From an uncultured Phycisphaerales bacterium (GTDB lineage: Bacteria > Planctomycetota > Phycisphaerae > Sedimentisphaerales > Anaerobacaceae): a stretch of 64,000 nt of DNA. The notes below the pieces were generated by a model. That model ran no database searches. It was not told where the DNA came from and was given only the letters and a program-made list of their open reading frames with translations. Location of the stretch: positions 1-64,000 of the forward strand of contig CAVYYI010000004.1 of NCBI GenBank assembly GCA_963772725.1. Reading direction: 5' to 3'. The position numbers and the translations under genes are program-made. Positions 52,660 to 62,263 of the stretch are shown in pieces (the first letter of the stretch is position 1; each line of letters opens with the position of its first letter).

Positions 52660-53050
52660 CAGAGCCTGTTGCACAATGATTTTCTAATCCAACGGTTGGA
52701 TTAGATGGCTATCTGGGACAGACGGCTCAATTCTCTGTTTCCCAAACACCTTTTTCTTAACTTTTTATATGGTATCGTGTTTTTGCCTTTGCGGTTGTCA
52801 TAAAATTCTGACTCGGCTCATAGTGGTTAGTCCAAGTACTTCATCAAGTTCTCGGTAAGCCAGTAAACCTGCATCGCTGGTTACTTTTGTTCCGTGAAAT
52901 TCGAGCTTCAATTTTTGGTCAAAATTGACTCGCAAAGCATCCTTGCTTCTTTCACCCATTGGGTTCTCCAAATCAGAACAGTCAAAACTGGTTTGAACGG
53001 CATCCATAGGCTCTATACTACCGGCGTCTAAATCTTCAAATCACCAGCAA
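52660..53050 (-). mobile_element. IS1380-family transposase 5' remnant
   Basis: [45 protein letters not shown], then (shifted frame) DNRKGKNT. Confidence 0.8.
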
Positions 53051-53141
53051 TTGCACAGACGGTATGACCCGCGCATTAATCAAAACAATCAATACTAATG
53101 CCGTTAGGAAACACATTTCTTGTTTTTCTGATAACATCGTT

Positions 53142-55568
53142 CTATTTCTGTACTTCAAGTTTATCATTCAGCTCATAGCTTTTACCCGACTCAGACTTAA
53201 ATTCGATCACACTTTCGCCATACTGAACTTTACACGGACCTCCAACAGTTGACTTAATTTGGGCTTTAAAAAGCTTGCCGTTCTTCCAGTACATATCCAC
53301 CACAAATCCGCCACGAGCACGCAGACCTTTGACATATCCGGCGGACCATTGTTTTGGAAGAGCTGGCAGTAAAAGGATTTCACCTGTGTGGCTTTGCAGG
53401 AGCATCTCAGCGATGCCGGCTGTACCACCGAAATTGCCGTCTATCTGGAAAACACCCGTATAGCTGCCACTCGGTGCGGTGGAAGAAACATTTCCGCCGA
53501 AGTTTCCATCAATTTGGAGACCCGGGCAATTATCCATCAGGTTGGAAAAGGTACAACGATTGAGCAAAGCCATAAGCACATTGTGGCAATTAGAGCCGTC
53601 ACCAAGGCGTGCCCAGAGATTGGTGTTCCAGGCCAGACTCCAACCACAATTACCAATGTCCTGAGAAGTACCTCCTTTGGATGAAGGGACATTTTTAAGC
53701 CGATATTCCAAAGATTTACGAGCGGCTGCGGTGAGTTCCGGTGTTCCATCCGGCGTTATTTGTCTGCCGGGATGCAGAGCAAAAAGGTGAGATAGATGCC
53801 TGTGCCATGGTTCTGTTTCCTTGAATTCCTCGGCCCATTCAAGTAGTCGACCATCGGAACTTATTTGCGGCCCGGCAAGACGCTCGCGGGCAGATTTTAC
53901 CTCTTTTACAAAATTATCTTCGACACCGAGAACTGTCGCAGCCTCCAGAGTATTGGTAAACAAATCCCAGATAATCTGCTGGTCCATAGCTGGCCCCATT
54001 GATAAACCAGCTTTTGTGTTGGTGCCGGGTATAAAGAACTGATTCTCGGGTGAAATCGACGGGCCGCTGACGAGTTTGCCGGTCTTTGGATTTTCAACAA
54101 GCCAGTCGAGGTAAAACTCAGCGGCTTCTTTCATTACAGGATAGGCTCGCTTTTTGAGAAATTCCTTATCACCGGTAAACTGATAATGCTCCCAGAAGTC
54201 CTGACAGAGCCATCCTGCTGAAGGAGGCCAGATATCCAGGCCTTTGAGAGTACTTGTAAATAATGCCGGCGTCGTTCTGTGCGATGTAAAGAAGCCGCGG
54301 CAATTATAGACATTCCTTGCCGTTTTACGGCCGTTTACACGGAGCTTTTCAAGTAAATCAAAGTACGGTTCATGACATTCCGAGAGGTTACAAACCTCTG
54401 CAGGCCAGTAGTTCATCTGGAAGTTAATATCGCAATGAAAACCGCAAAACCACGGTGGTTTAATTTCGGCATTCCATATTCCCTGAAGGTTCGCAGGCAG
54501 ACCGCCCGGACGTGACGAACTTATAAGCAGATACCTGCCATACTGGAAATACAATGCCGCAAGGGCTTCATCCCCATCGCCTTTTTGGGCCAATTCAAGA
54601 CGCTTATCTGTCGGAAGACTAACAGCTTCTGTTTTCCCGAGATTAATATCAACCCGCCGGAACAGCTTCTGATAATCCTTTATATGGGCATCTCTTAGTT
54701 TATTAAATGATTTTTTTGTCGCAGCAGAAAGTTGTTTTTGACAGGTTTTTGCGGGCTTATTGTTATTATAACTTGTTGATGCCGTCAGAAAAAGCGTAAC
54801 TTCATCGGCATTTTCAACTATAAGACTGTTTCCGTTCTTGTTAATTTTACCTCCGCGGCAAATCGCTTTCAGATATGCCTCGAATTTTACTCCTTCTGTG
54901 GGTTTACCGCGGTCAACCTGCCCGCGCAGAACAATTGTATTATCTGATATTACAATTGATTCAGCATCGGCAATTCGACTCAAACTGATGTCCGCAGAAA
55001 TACGACCCGGCTTACTGCAGGTCAGATGAGTAACAATAATCTGGCCGGGATAACTTGCAAAAACTTCACGGGTAAAATTCGCATCGCCGTCTGAATAACT
55101 TACCGTTGCAACAGCGGTATCGAGGTCGAGAGTCCTTCGATAATTAGTTGTATTTCCGCTTGTCCTGAACTTTAGATAAATATCGCCGAGGGGTTGATAA
55201 AAATACATTGGCCGTTCACCCAGAAACTCCCTGTCAACGAGCTTTCGAGCCTCTGTATATTTGCCGTCAAAGAGAAGTTGTCTTGCCTGTGGAAGAAATT
55301 TATACGCGCCGACACGGTCGAAATCATTCTGGTCTCCGGACCAGATGGTATTTTCATTCAATTGAAGATGCTCAGATTCGATACCGCCAAAGATCATTGC
55401 TCCGAGCCGGCCATTGCCAACAGGCAGTGCCTCTACCCAATCTTTCGCCGGTTGACGATACCAAAGTTGCCATTCACCGGCGAAAGCCGACGATGGTAAA
55501 ACTACCATCAAAATCAAACCAAGATACGACAACACTGACGACATAATAGTTTTTGGTTTGTTCAACAT
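53142..55568 (-). CDS. GH95 alpha-L-fucosidase/galactosidase-family hydrolase
   Basis: [45 protein letters not shown] and FQIDGNFG motifs. Confidence 0.93.
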   Translation of the reverse strand: MLNKPKTIMSSVLSYLGLILMVVLPSSAFAGEWQLWYRQPAKDWVEALPVGNGRLGAMIFGGIESEHLQLNENTIWSGDQNDFDRVGAYKFLPQARQLLFDGKYTEARKLVDREFLGERPMYFYQPLGDIYLKFRTSGNTTNYRRTLDLDTAVATVSYSDGDANFTREVFASYPGQIIVTHLTCSKPGRISADISLSRIADAESIVISDNTIVLRGQVDRGKPTEGVKFEAYLKAICRGGKINKNGNSLIVENADEVTLFLTASTSYNNNKPAKTCQKQLSAATKKSFNKLRDAHIKDYQKLFRRVDINLGKTEAVSLPTDKRLELAQKGDGDEALAALYFQYGRYLLISSSRPGGLPANLQGIWNAEIKPPWFCGFHCDINFQMNYWPAEVCNLSECHEPYFDLLEKLRVNGRKTARNVYNCRGFFTSHRTTPALFTSTLKGLDIWPPSAGWLCQDFWEHYQFTGDKEFLKKRAYPVMKEAAEFYLDWLVENPKTGKLVSGPSISPENQFFIPGTNTKAGLSMGPAMDQQIIWDLFTNTLEAATVLGVEDNFVKEVKSARERLAGPQISSDGRLLEWAEEFKETEPWHRHLSHLFALHPGRQITPDGTPELTAAARKSLEYRLKNVPSSKGGTSQDIGNCGWSLAWNTNLWARLGDGSNCHNVLMALLNRCTFSNLMDNCPGLQIDGNFGGNVSSTAPSGSYTGVFQIDGNFGGTAGIAEMLLQSHTGEILLLPALPKQWSAGYVKGLRARGGFVVDMYWKNGKLFKAQIKSTVGGPCKVQYGESVIEFKSESGKSYELNDKLEVQK

Positions 55569-55836
55569 GTTTACAGGCTCCTTAAAAATATTTTATATAT
55601 ATATTTCTCTGAAAGTATCAGCTAAACCATCGTTTAGTCAACAGTTTTCACGGAAAACTCATAATTATTTTTATCTATCCGGTTTTTCTATTACTACTGC
55701 TCCCGCCACCGATGTATTTGGTAATTCGACAGGAATACCGGCTGTTGCACAGACGGTATGACCTGCGCATCAATCGAAACAATCAATACTAATGCGGTTA
55801 GGAAACGCATTTTCTTGCTTTTCTGATAACATCGTT

Positions 55837-58224
55837 CTATTTCTGTACTTCAAGTTTATCATTCAACTCATAGCTTTTACCCTTCTCTGTATCAAATTCT
55901 ATATACTTGTCCTGGTATTTTACTTTACATTTGTTTCCGTTAAGCGATTTAATTTCAGCACTTGAGAGTTTTCCTTGTGCCCAGTTGATACCAACCTCAA
56001 ACCCTCCGCGGGCACGCAGCCCTTTAACATATCCATCTTTCCATGCATTTGGCAAAGCAGGCAGCAGGTGAATCGGTCCAGCACCTGCTCCTTGATTGAT
56101 ACTGTGCGATTGCAAGAGCATCTCAGCAATGCCGGCTGAGCCTGTCATATCACCATCGCTTTGAAACACCGGCGGAACTCGCGGGGCCGAGCTAAATAAA
56201 TTTGGAAAGCTTGTTTTACCAATCAATGCAAGAAGGTTTTTGTAAGCTTCTTCGCCGTCCTGCAGCCGTGCCCACCAGTTTACAAGCCAGGATAATGTCC
56301 AGCTTGTATTTCCTGCATGTGTAATGTTGACAGTTTTAGCCGTGCTGCCCGCATGAGCCAATCGATATTCCAAAGTCTTTCTTGCAGCTACAGCAAGCTC
56401 CGGAGTACCTTCAGGAGTTATCTGATAACCTGGATATAAAGCATAAAGATGAGAAATATGCCGATGGCCCGGTTCGACTTCGGGAAATTCACGGTCCCAT
56501 TCAAGGAGTCTGCCATCAGAGCCAATCTCAGGGCCGGCAAGATCTGACTGAGCCTTGCGTACATCCTGTACAAACTTATCTTCAATTTTTAAAATTTTTG
56601 CTGCTCCAAGACAGTTATTAAACGTCTGCCAGATAATCTGCTGGTCCATCGCAGGCCCCATCGTCACACCAACCTTGGTGCCGTCTTTGGCAATAAACCG
56701 GTTTTCAGGTGAGATAGAAGGTCCACTGACAAGTTTGCCGGTCTGAGGATTTTCCACCAACCAGTCAAGACAAAACAGCGAAGCTTCCTTTATGATAGGC
56801 CATGCTTTTTCGGAAAGAAATTTTTTATCCTGAGTATATAGATAGTGTTCCCAGAGATGGCTTGTTGTCTCTGCGCCGCCTGTCGGCCAGATAGTAGCTC
56901 CAACATTTTTGCCGCTTTGTCCGGTAAACCACCAGACATCAGTTCTATGATGTGCACAAAAACCCCGGCAATTATAAAGCTGGCGGGCAGTTTCTGTACC
57001 TCGCCTGCGAATGCCATCTATTAGTATAAAAAAAGGTTCGTGAAGTTCTGAGAGATTGGTATTTTCCGCGTGCCAATACTGCATCTGTCCATTTATATTG
57101 AGGTGATAACCGCACAACCAGGGGGGATTTAATTCTCTGTTCCACAAGCCCTGCAAATTTGCGGGCAGCCCGCCTTCTCGTGACGAACTTATCAATAAAT
57201 ACCTGCCATATTGAAAATAAAGCCCAACAAGACCAAGGTCTGATTCGCCGCTCTTCATCGATTCAATCCGTTTGTTGGTTGGTATATCCGATTTATTTTC
57301 TCCGCCAAGCTCAATATCAACGCGATTAAAATACTTTTTGTAATCGGCAAGATGTGCATCACGCAGCTGCTCATAAGTTTTACCTGATGCCGCTGCCAGT
57401 TGGTTTTTGCAGACTACCGCCGGGTCATCACCATAATAATCAGTTTTCGCTGTCAAAAGCAGCATTGCTGAATCAGCTTTTTCAATATGGAGACCACAGC
57501 CGTCTGCATAAACCTTGCCCCCCTGAACGTTCGCTTTAAGACGTGCCTCAAACTTTACGCCCTCGCTGTCTTTACCCTCATCAACCCTGCCGTTCATTAC
57601 AATAGTGTCAGGTGCTGTTACGGAAGTTTTTGCACATTCGACGCGATTCATATTCACATCAACACTTATTCGCCCCCTCTTGTTACAGCTTAACCGAACA
57701 ACTATCACATGGTCAGGCCAACTACAGAAAACCTCTCTTTTAAACTCAGCATCGCCTTCATTATAAGTTACTGCGGCAACAGCGTTTTGGATATCTAATT
57801 CTCTCCGATAATTTGTGATAAAGCCGGCAGGCCTCGTATCTATCCAAAGGTCTCCTAACGACTGGTAGCAGTGGGTATTATCGGGACCCTTCATTTCCTC
57901 CTTTATGAGGTCTTCTGCCTGTTTGTACTTACCATCAAATAAAAGCCCGCGAATTTGAGGCAAATATTTATAAGCTCCCTTCCGGTTAAAATCGAGCTTT
58001 TCGCTTCCAGACCAGACCGTATCTTCGTTAAGCTGGATATGCTCCCGCTCAATACCCCCATAGACCATTCCTCCGAGCCTGCCATTACCTAAAGGCAACG
58101 CTTCGAACCACTGCTTAGCGGGTTCATTATACCACAGCATCCACCGGCTGGCAAAAACATGATTTGGAAAAGCCAGCATTGAAACTAAAATAAAGAATAA
58201 CAGGCTCCGCGATTTACTATACAT
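55837..58224 (-). CDS. GH95 alpha-L-fucosidase/galactosidase-family hydrolase
   Basis: [40 protein letters not shown] and FQSDGD motifs. Confidence 0.93.
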   Translation of the reverse strand: MYSKSRSLLFFILVSMLAFPNHVFASRWMLWYNEPAKQWFEALPLGNGRLGGMVYGGIEREHIQLNEDTVWSGSEKLDFNRKGAYKYLPQIRGLLFDGKYKQAEDLIKEEMKGPDNTHCYQSLGDLWIDTRPAGFITNYRRELDIQNAVAAVTYNEGDAEFKREVFCSWPDHVIVVRLSCNKRGRISVDVNMNRVECAKTSVTAPDTIVMNGRVDEGKDSEGVKFEARLKANVQGGKVYADGCGLHIEKADSAMLLLTAKTDYYGDDPAVVCKNQLAAASGKTYEQLRDAHLADYKKYFNRVDIELGGENKSDIPTNKRIESMKSGESDLGLVGLYFQYGRYLLISSSREGGLPANLQGLWNRELNPPWLCGYHLNINGQMQYWHAENTNLSELHEPFFILIDGIRRRGTETARQLYNCRGFCAHHRTDVWWFTGQSGKNVGATIWPTGGAETTSHLWEHYLYTQDKKFLSEKAWPIIKEASLFCLDWLVENPQTGKLVSGPSISPENRFIAKDGTKVGVTMGPAMDQQIIWQTFNNCLGAAKILKIEDKFVQDVRKAQSDLAGPEIGSDGRLLEWDREFPEVEPGHRHISHLYALYPGYQITPEGTPELAVAARKTLEYRLAHAGSTAKTVNITHAGNTSWTLSWLVNWWARLQDGEEAYKNLLALIGKTSFPNLFSSAPRVPPVFQSDGDMTGSAGIAEMLLQSHSINQGAGAGPIHLLPALPNAWKDGYVKGLRARGGFEVGINWAQGKLSSAEIKSLNGNKCKVKYQDKYIEFDTEKGKSYELNDKLEVQK

Positions 58225-58246
58225 TTAATTTTCTCCTTGAAAAATA

Positions 58247-58846
58247 TCATTTTGTATCTGGAAGTTTTATCAACGGTTTTGTGGAGTAAATCCACCTATT
58301 GGCAAAAGCTCTATTCTTAATGTCGTCCGGCCAGCCATCGGGGATGCGAACATACATACAAGTATTAATCAGCTTATCCCAATCCTGGTTTATTACTGTT
58401 GTGAAAAATTCCGGCTTTATGTTCTCAATACCTTCTGAATACGCAAAATCCAGCAGAATTTCCTGACTTTCCTTTTTTAGGCCATCGAAAGGATTGTTGG
58501 AATATTTTTCTGACATGAAAGTACGCAGTTGCTGAAGAGTTTTATCCAAATCGAGGCGTAACTGTTTTTCCGCGTCCTGCTTGGACCAGCCCTGTGTATA
58601 GAATTTTTTGTTGAGTACAGGCTGCCGATAGCCGATTCTTCTGCCATAATGAGTAGAGTACGGATAAAATTTCCCGTCTTTTCTCACGCCAAAATCATAA
58701 GGATTCGTTGCGGATTCAATATATTTGACAAATTCATCGGTTATCGTAAATTTCCCAGCGGATGTAGATGCGGCGAAAGCAATAACCGTTACGCCAATAG
58801 TAAGAACGCAAATAACTATCAGTAATTTTTTCATAATATTCTCCAA
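58247..58846 (-). CDS. Secreted protein with a phage-lysozyme-like pattern, catalytic Glu absent; copy 2
   Basis: Signal peptide; FVKYIESATNPYDFG, RIGYRQ, DAEKQLRLDL, SQEILLDFAYSEG and VINQDW. Confidence 0.7.
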   Translation of the reverse strand: MENIMKKLLIVICVLTIGVTVIAFAASTSAGKFTITDEFVKYIESATNPYDFGVRKDGKFYPYSTHYGRRIGYRQPVLNKKFYTQGWSKQDAEKQLRLDLDKTLQQLRTFMSEKYSNNPFDGLKKESQEILLDFAYSEGIENIKPEFFTTVINQDWDKLINTCMYVRIPDGWPDDIKNRAFANRWIYSTKPLIKLPDTK

Positions 58847-58851
58847 TCAGA

Positions 58852-61728
58852 TTAAAATTTGAGTGTTATAATTTCAGAACGCTGAACCTGCTGCTCGGCG
58901 GTTTCTACCTCAAAGATACACTGGAAATCGCCTTTGCTCTCATCAATATCCGATGAAAATTCATAAGGGAATATCGCATCGGTCTTCTCCTGCCATGGCC
59001 CATTTCCCTGCCGATATTTCAGTTTTGCGGAGATAACGTTTTCAGGGAGAGCATCGGTATAAACAAAAGATGATGTAAGACCTTTGCCCATCGTGATAAG
59101 CATCGCGGTAACTTTGCCAAAAGGAGCATCAGATGTAACAAGACTGTCTTTGCCCAGCGTAACAGCGGTTTTATCGAACATCTTGGCCTGCAGGCGGGGC
59201 TTGACCTTTACGCCTTCAATGGCATAAGCAACTATGCCTTTGGGTGATATTGTGAATTTTACAGTGTTATCAGAAATCTCAATAGTGCCTTTATCTTTGT
59301 TATCCTGCCAGATTCGCGCTTTATGGGCACCATTGCATTCAACCAAATCTGAATTGAGTGTGATTGTTACATCCTCGGTTTTGAATGACTGGTTCCAGAA
59401 TGCAAGGTAAAATTTACCATTGCCATAGCCGGCGACATAATCAACCTGCTTATTATCCGATTTGAGCAGATGTCTCGGCAGCCATAGCTGGACGTTGTTT
59501 TCGTCGTAAAACTGTCCCGGCCTGTCGCCATAGGCTTTTACCCTAAAACCACTTTCATACATACAGCGGGAAGGAAAATCGATTTGTTTTTCGGAGCGGT
59601 TAAAAGCGTCGGAAATAAGAAAATCAATTACAGCGCCGACAAACTCCCATGAATGGCCTGGATTGAATGTGGCATAGTCGGTCTCCCAAAGGGGATGCAG
59701 CGGCGCATCGGGCTGTTCGATAACCAGCGATATTTTGGAGCGGTTGTCACCTGCGTAATTAGCGAATCTGCCGACCATTGCCCAGCGTGTAAAGTCTCGC
59801 AGAAAATCGTCTTTGGCATAAGTGGCAAGGCGCATAAGCTGACCGTTGTTATTGAGCCAGAACTCACCGCGGTAAGCAGGAGACTCAAAACCAGTCAATG
59901 CAACGCGCCAGGCCGGTACAGTCTGCTGAGGCGCATGAAAAGGCTTAGGCGGAGGAAATCCCCAGACTTTATGACGACCGTAGGAATGAGCATGTATCGG
60001 CACTTCATTATTTTTGTCAACAGTTATGAAAGTATCAGGAACAACTGGAAAAAGATTCATCGCTGCCGACCTTGCATAAGCGCCTTCCACTGCCGCTTTA
60101 AGATATTTCTCGTCTTTGGTTTCTTCATATATTTCAATAAAATTCATGTAATCCCCCGCGGAGCGGCTTGCTGTCATCCGGTCAGCGACTTTTACCGCAG
60201 CAGACAGATAATCTTTATTGCCCGTCATTCTATATTGTGATAATAAATCAATAAAATCAGATTTTGAAAAGCCTTTCTGTTCGATATAAAACTTAAAGGC
60301 GTAAGTACGTCCCTGAAACATTTGTGAAAGGCTTGTTAATTGAACGGTACTGGGATATGGGCTTCCGAGTTCTCTGTTCCGTGATTTAATCTGACCGTTG
60401 TCAAAAGTTTCGTAAGGAGAAAAAATGTTGCTTTTGCGAGATACAGCAAATTCGACAATAGGCCGAACCTTCTTTTTGTATAGTTCCTCATCGTCGGTTA
60501 CAAGCACCACAGACATTCCAAAAAGCGGAGAGAACGGTTTGAATACGCCTGGTTTATCACAGTAATAGTGATATTTCTGCTCCGGGTCCCACATCGCATA
60601 ATTGTGACCGTCCCTGTCGATTAAATAATCAAGAATGTTTTCAAGTGTATTGTTTAACGAACCCGGCCCGCTGTTATCCCGCATATCACGAAAACCATAA
60701 ATATTTCGAGCCAGATACCTGTAAGTGTCTTTCCAGTCACCTGGTCTTAAGACATAACGAACAGTAAAACTGTATTTATTCCCTGTTTTCATTTGTGATT
60801 CATAACCGCCCATTATCGGCGCAAAGATTATCGGTTTCAGTTGGCTATTCGTTCTTTCAATCATAACACTGAAACGGGAATTGCTCCTGTCAGGGATTCT
60901 AAAAGGGCTTTCGTTCGGGTCAACAATGATAACCGAATTTAATTTTTCGGTCGCGATATGTGCCCGCGGTAATTTCATATAACCTTCACACATAGCAAAA
61001 TTAAGTTGTCTGCCCCCTTTGCCCCCGCATTCCTGCGGCACAGAAATGGCTTTGTCGGCTGGCGTTGACGGCACACCGGTAAAAGCAACGGAATAATAAC
61101 CAGCCTTTTTAACTATCAAATCATAGGTGATCTGCGGGTCGCCCAAAGGAACTGGCAGCATAAGCCTGCCGGTGAGCGTAAAGTCCGGCTGCTCCTCAAA
61201 TTCCCAAACTATTGAATCGCCTTTTAGATAAGTTTTTTTCGCTGTTAATGTAGTTTTCTGGCCGGCAAAGAATGGATTTGTCGTTCCATTTGCATAAGGA
61301 CCCTGCACTTTGTTTCTGCCTCCGCCTTGCACATTTTTGTATAACCACGTACGATTGCCATTTTTATCCTCTGTAACAACAACCTCGGAGCCAGCGACTT
61401 GCTGCATATCAGGAGAATTAAGCCAATCATTGAGAGATTTTAAATCCTGCTGACAGTTCGACCATCTTATAGCCACGCGAGGTGAAATAAAATAATTCAA
61501 ATGATTGGTACTGTAACCGGGGTCTTTAGAGCTGTACATAACCGTAAATTCAGGCCGGAGAATCTGTGGTTCAACTCCTTCAACATTAACTTCAATGGAA
61601 TTGTCAGCTTTAAGCGTTATCCTGTATTGATTGTTTTTAAGCTCCTGTCCTATACAGATTACAGGCATCAACAAGCCAAAAACCAAGCAGGTATTAGATG
61701 ACAAAAATTTTACATATTTTGCGTTCAT
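58852..61728 (-). CDS. Large secreted protein of unknown function (958 aa), paralog A
   Basis: Signal peptide, AAGGA RBS; beta-rich N and C parts with a helical middle. Confidence 0.88.
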   Translation of the reverse strand: MNAKYVKFLSSNTCLVFGLLMPVICIGQELKNNQYRITLKADNSIEVNVEGVEPQILRPEFTVMYSSKDPGYSTNHLNYFISPRVAIRWSNCQQDLKSLNDWLNSPDMQQVAGSEVVVTEDKNGNRTWLYKNVQGGGRNKVQGPYANGTTNPFFAGQKTTLTAKKTYLKGDSIVWEFEEQPDFTLTGRLMLPVPLGDPQITYDLIVKKAGYYSVAFTGVPSTPADKAISVPQECGGKGGRQLNFAMCEGYMKLPRAHIATEKLNSVIIVDPNESPFRIPDRSNSRFSVMIERTNSQLKPIIFAPIMGGYESQMKTGNKYSFTVRYVLRPGDWKDTYRYLARNIYGFRDMRDNSGPGSLNNTLENILDYLIDRDGHNYAMWDPEQKYHYYCDKPGVFKPFSPLFGMSVVLVTDDEELYKKKVRPIVEFAVSRKSNIFSPYETFDNGQIKSRNRELGSPYPSTVQLTSLSQMFQGRTYAFKFYIEQKGFSKSDFIDLLSQYRMTGNKDYLSAAVKVADRMTASRSAGDYMNFIEIYEETKDEKYLKAAVEGAYARSAAMNLFPVVPDTFITVDKNNEVPIHAHSYGRHKVWGFPPPKPFHAPQQTVPAWRVALTGFESPAYRGEFWLNNNGQLMRLATYAKDDFLRDFTRWAMVGRFANYAGDNRSKISLVIEQPDAPLHPLWETDYATFNPGHSWEFVGAVIDFLISDAFNRSEKQIDFPSRCMYESGFRVKAYGDRPGQFYDENNVQLWLPRHLLKSDNKQVDYVAGYGNGKFYLAFWNQSFKTEDVTITLNSDLVECNGAHKARIWQDNKDKGTIEISDNTVKFTISPKGIVAYAIEGVKVKPRLQAKMFDKTAVTLGKDSLVTSDAPFGKVTAMLITMGKGLTSSFVYTDALPENVISAKLKYRQGNGPWQEKTDAIFPYEFSSDIDESKGDFQCIFEVETAEQQVQRSEIITLKF

Positions 61729-61890
61729 GTTACTTACATCCTTTCTCTTACATATTCATTCCTGCTATCTATGTTAAGTATAGCATAAGGATAAATCATT
61801 TTGCGCAAAACTATAACCGATTTGCGATATACCGTATAGCGCAATAATCTCATAATTAAGCGGCAACTCTTTTTCTATAATTTTTCCGAG

Positions 61891-62244
61891 CTAATTCGCA
61901 AATAACTCTGCCTTGTTGAATATAGATAATTTTACCGGGCCGATTAATCCCGATTTAACTAAAGGTGAATCGGCCGAATAGTGCCTCCATGTAGTAAACG
62001 TGCAGCGTTTACGATTTTTGGCTTTCGAGGGGTCATATAACCAGTCGGGCAAGGATTGCAATGCTCCCGCAGTAAATTTACCGCTTGAAGCGCCGTTATA
62101 GGTATAATCAACGGGTATCTGCTCGTCACCTATAGGGACAATTGCCAAATAACCTCCTTTTTTCAGTTCGAAAAAACTCAATGCTAATATCGCTATTAAC
62201 AAAAACCATGGTCTAATTCTATTCAAAGACTTTTTCATGAACAT
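61891..62244 (-). pseudogene. Signal peptide fused to the C-terminal end of a GH106/GH2-type glycosidase (internal deletion remnant)
   Basis: LPDWL...RCTFTTWRHYSADSPLVKSGLIGPVKL is a typical C-terminus of large rhamnosidase-like proteins. Confidence 0.55.
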
Positions 62245-62263
62245 TTCTATAAATATTTTGTCA

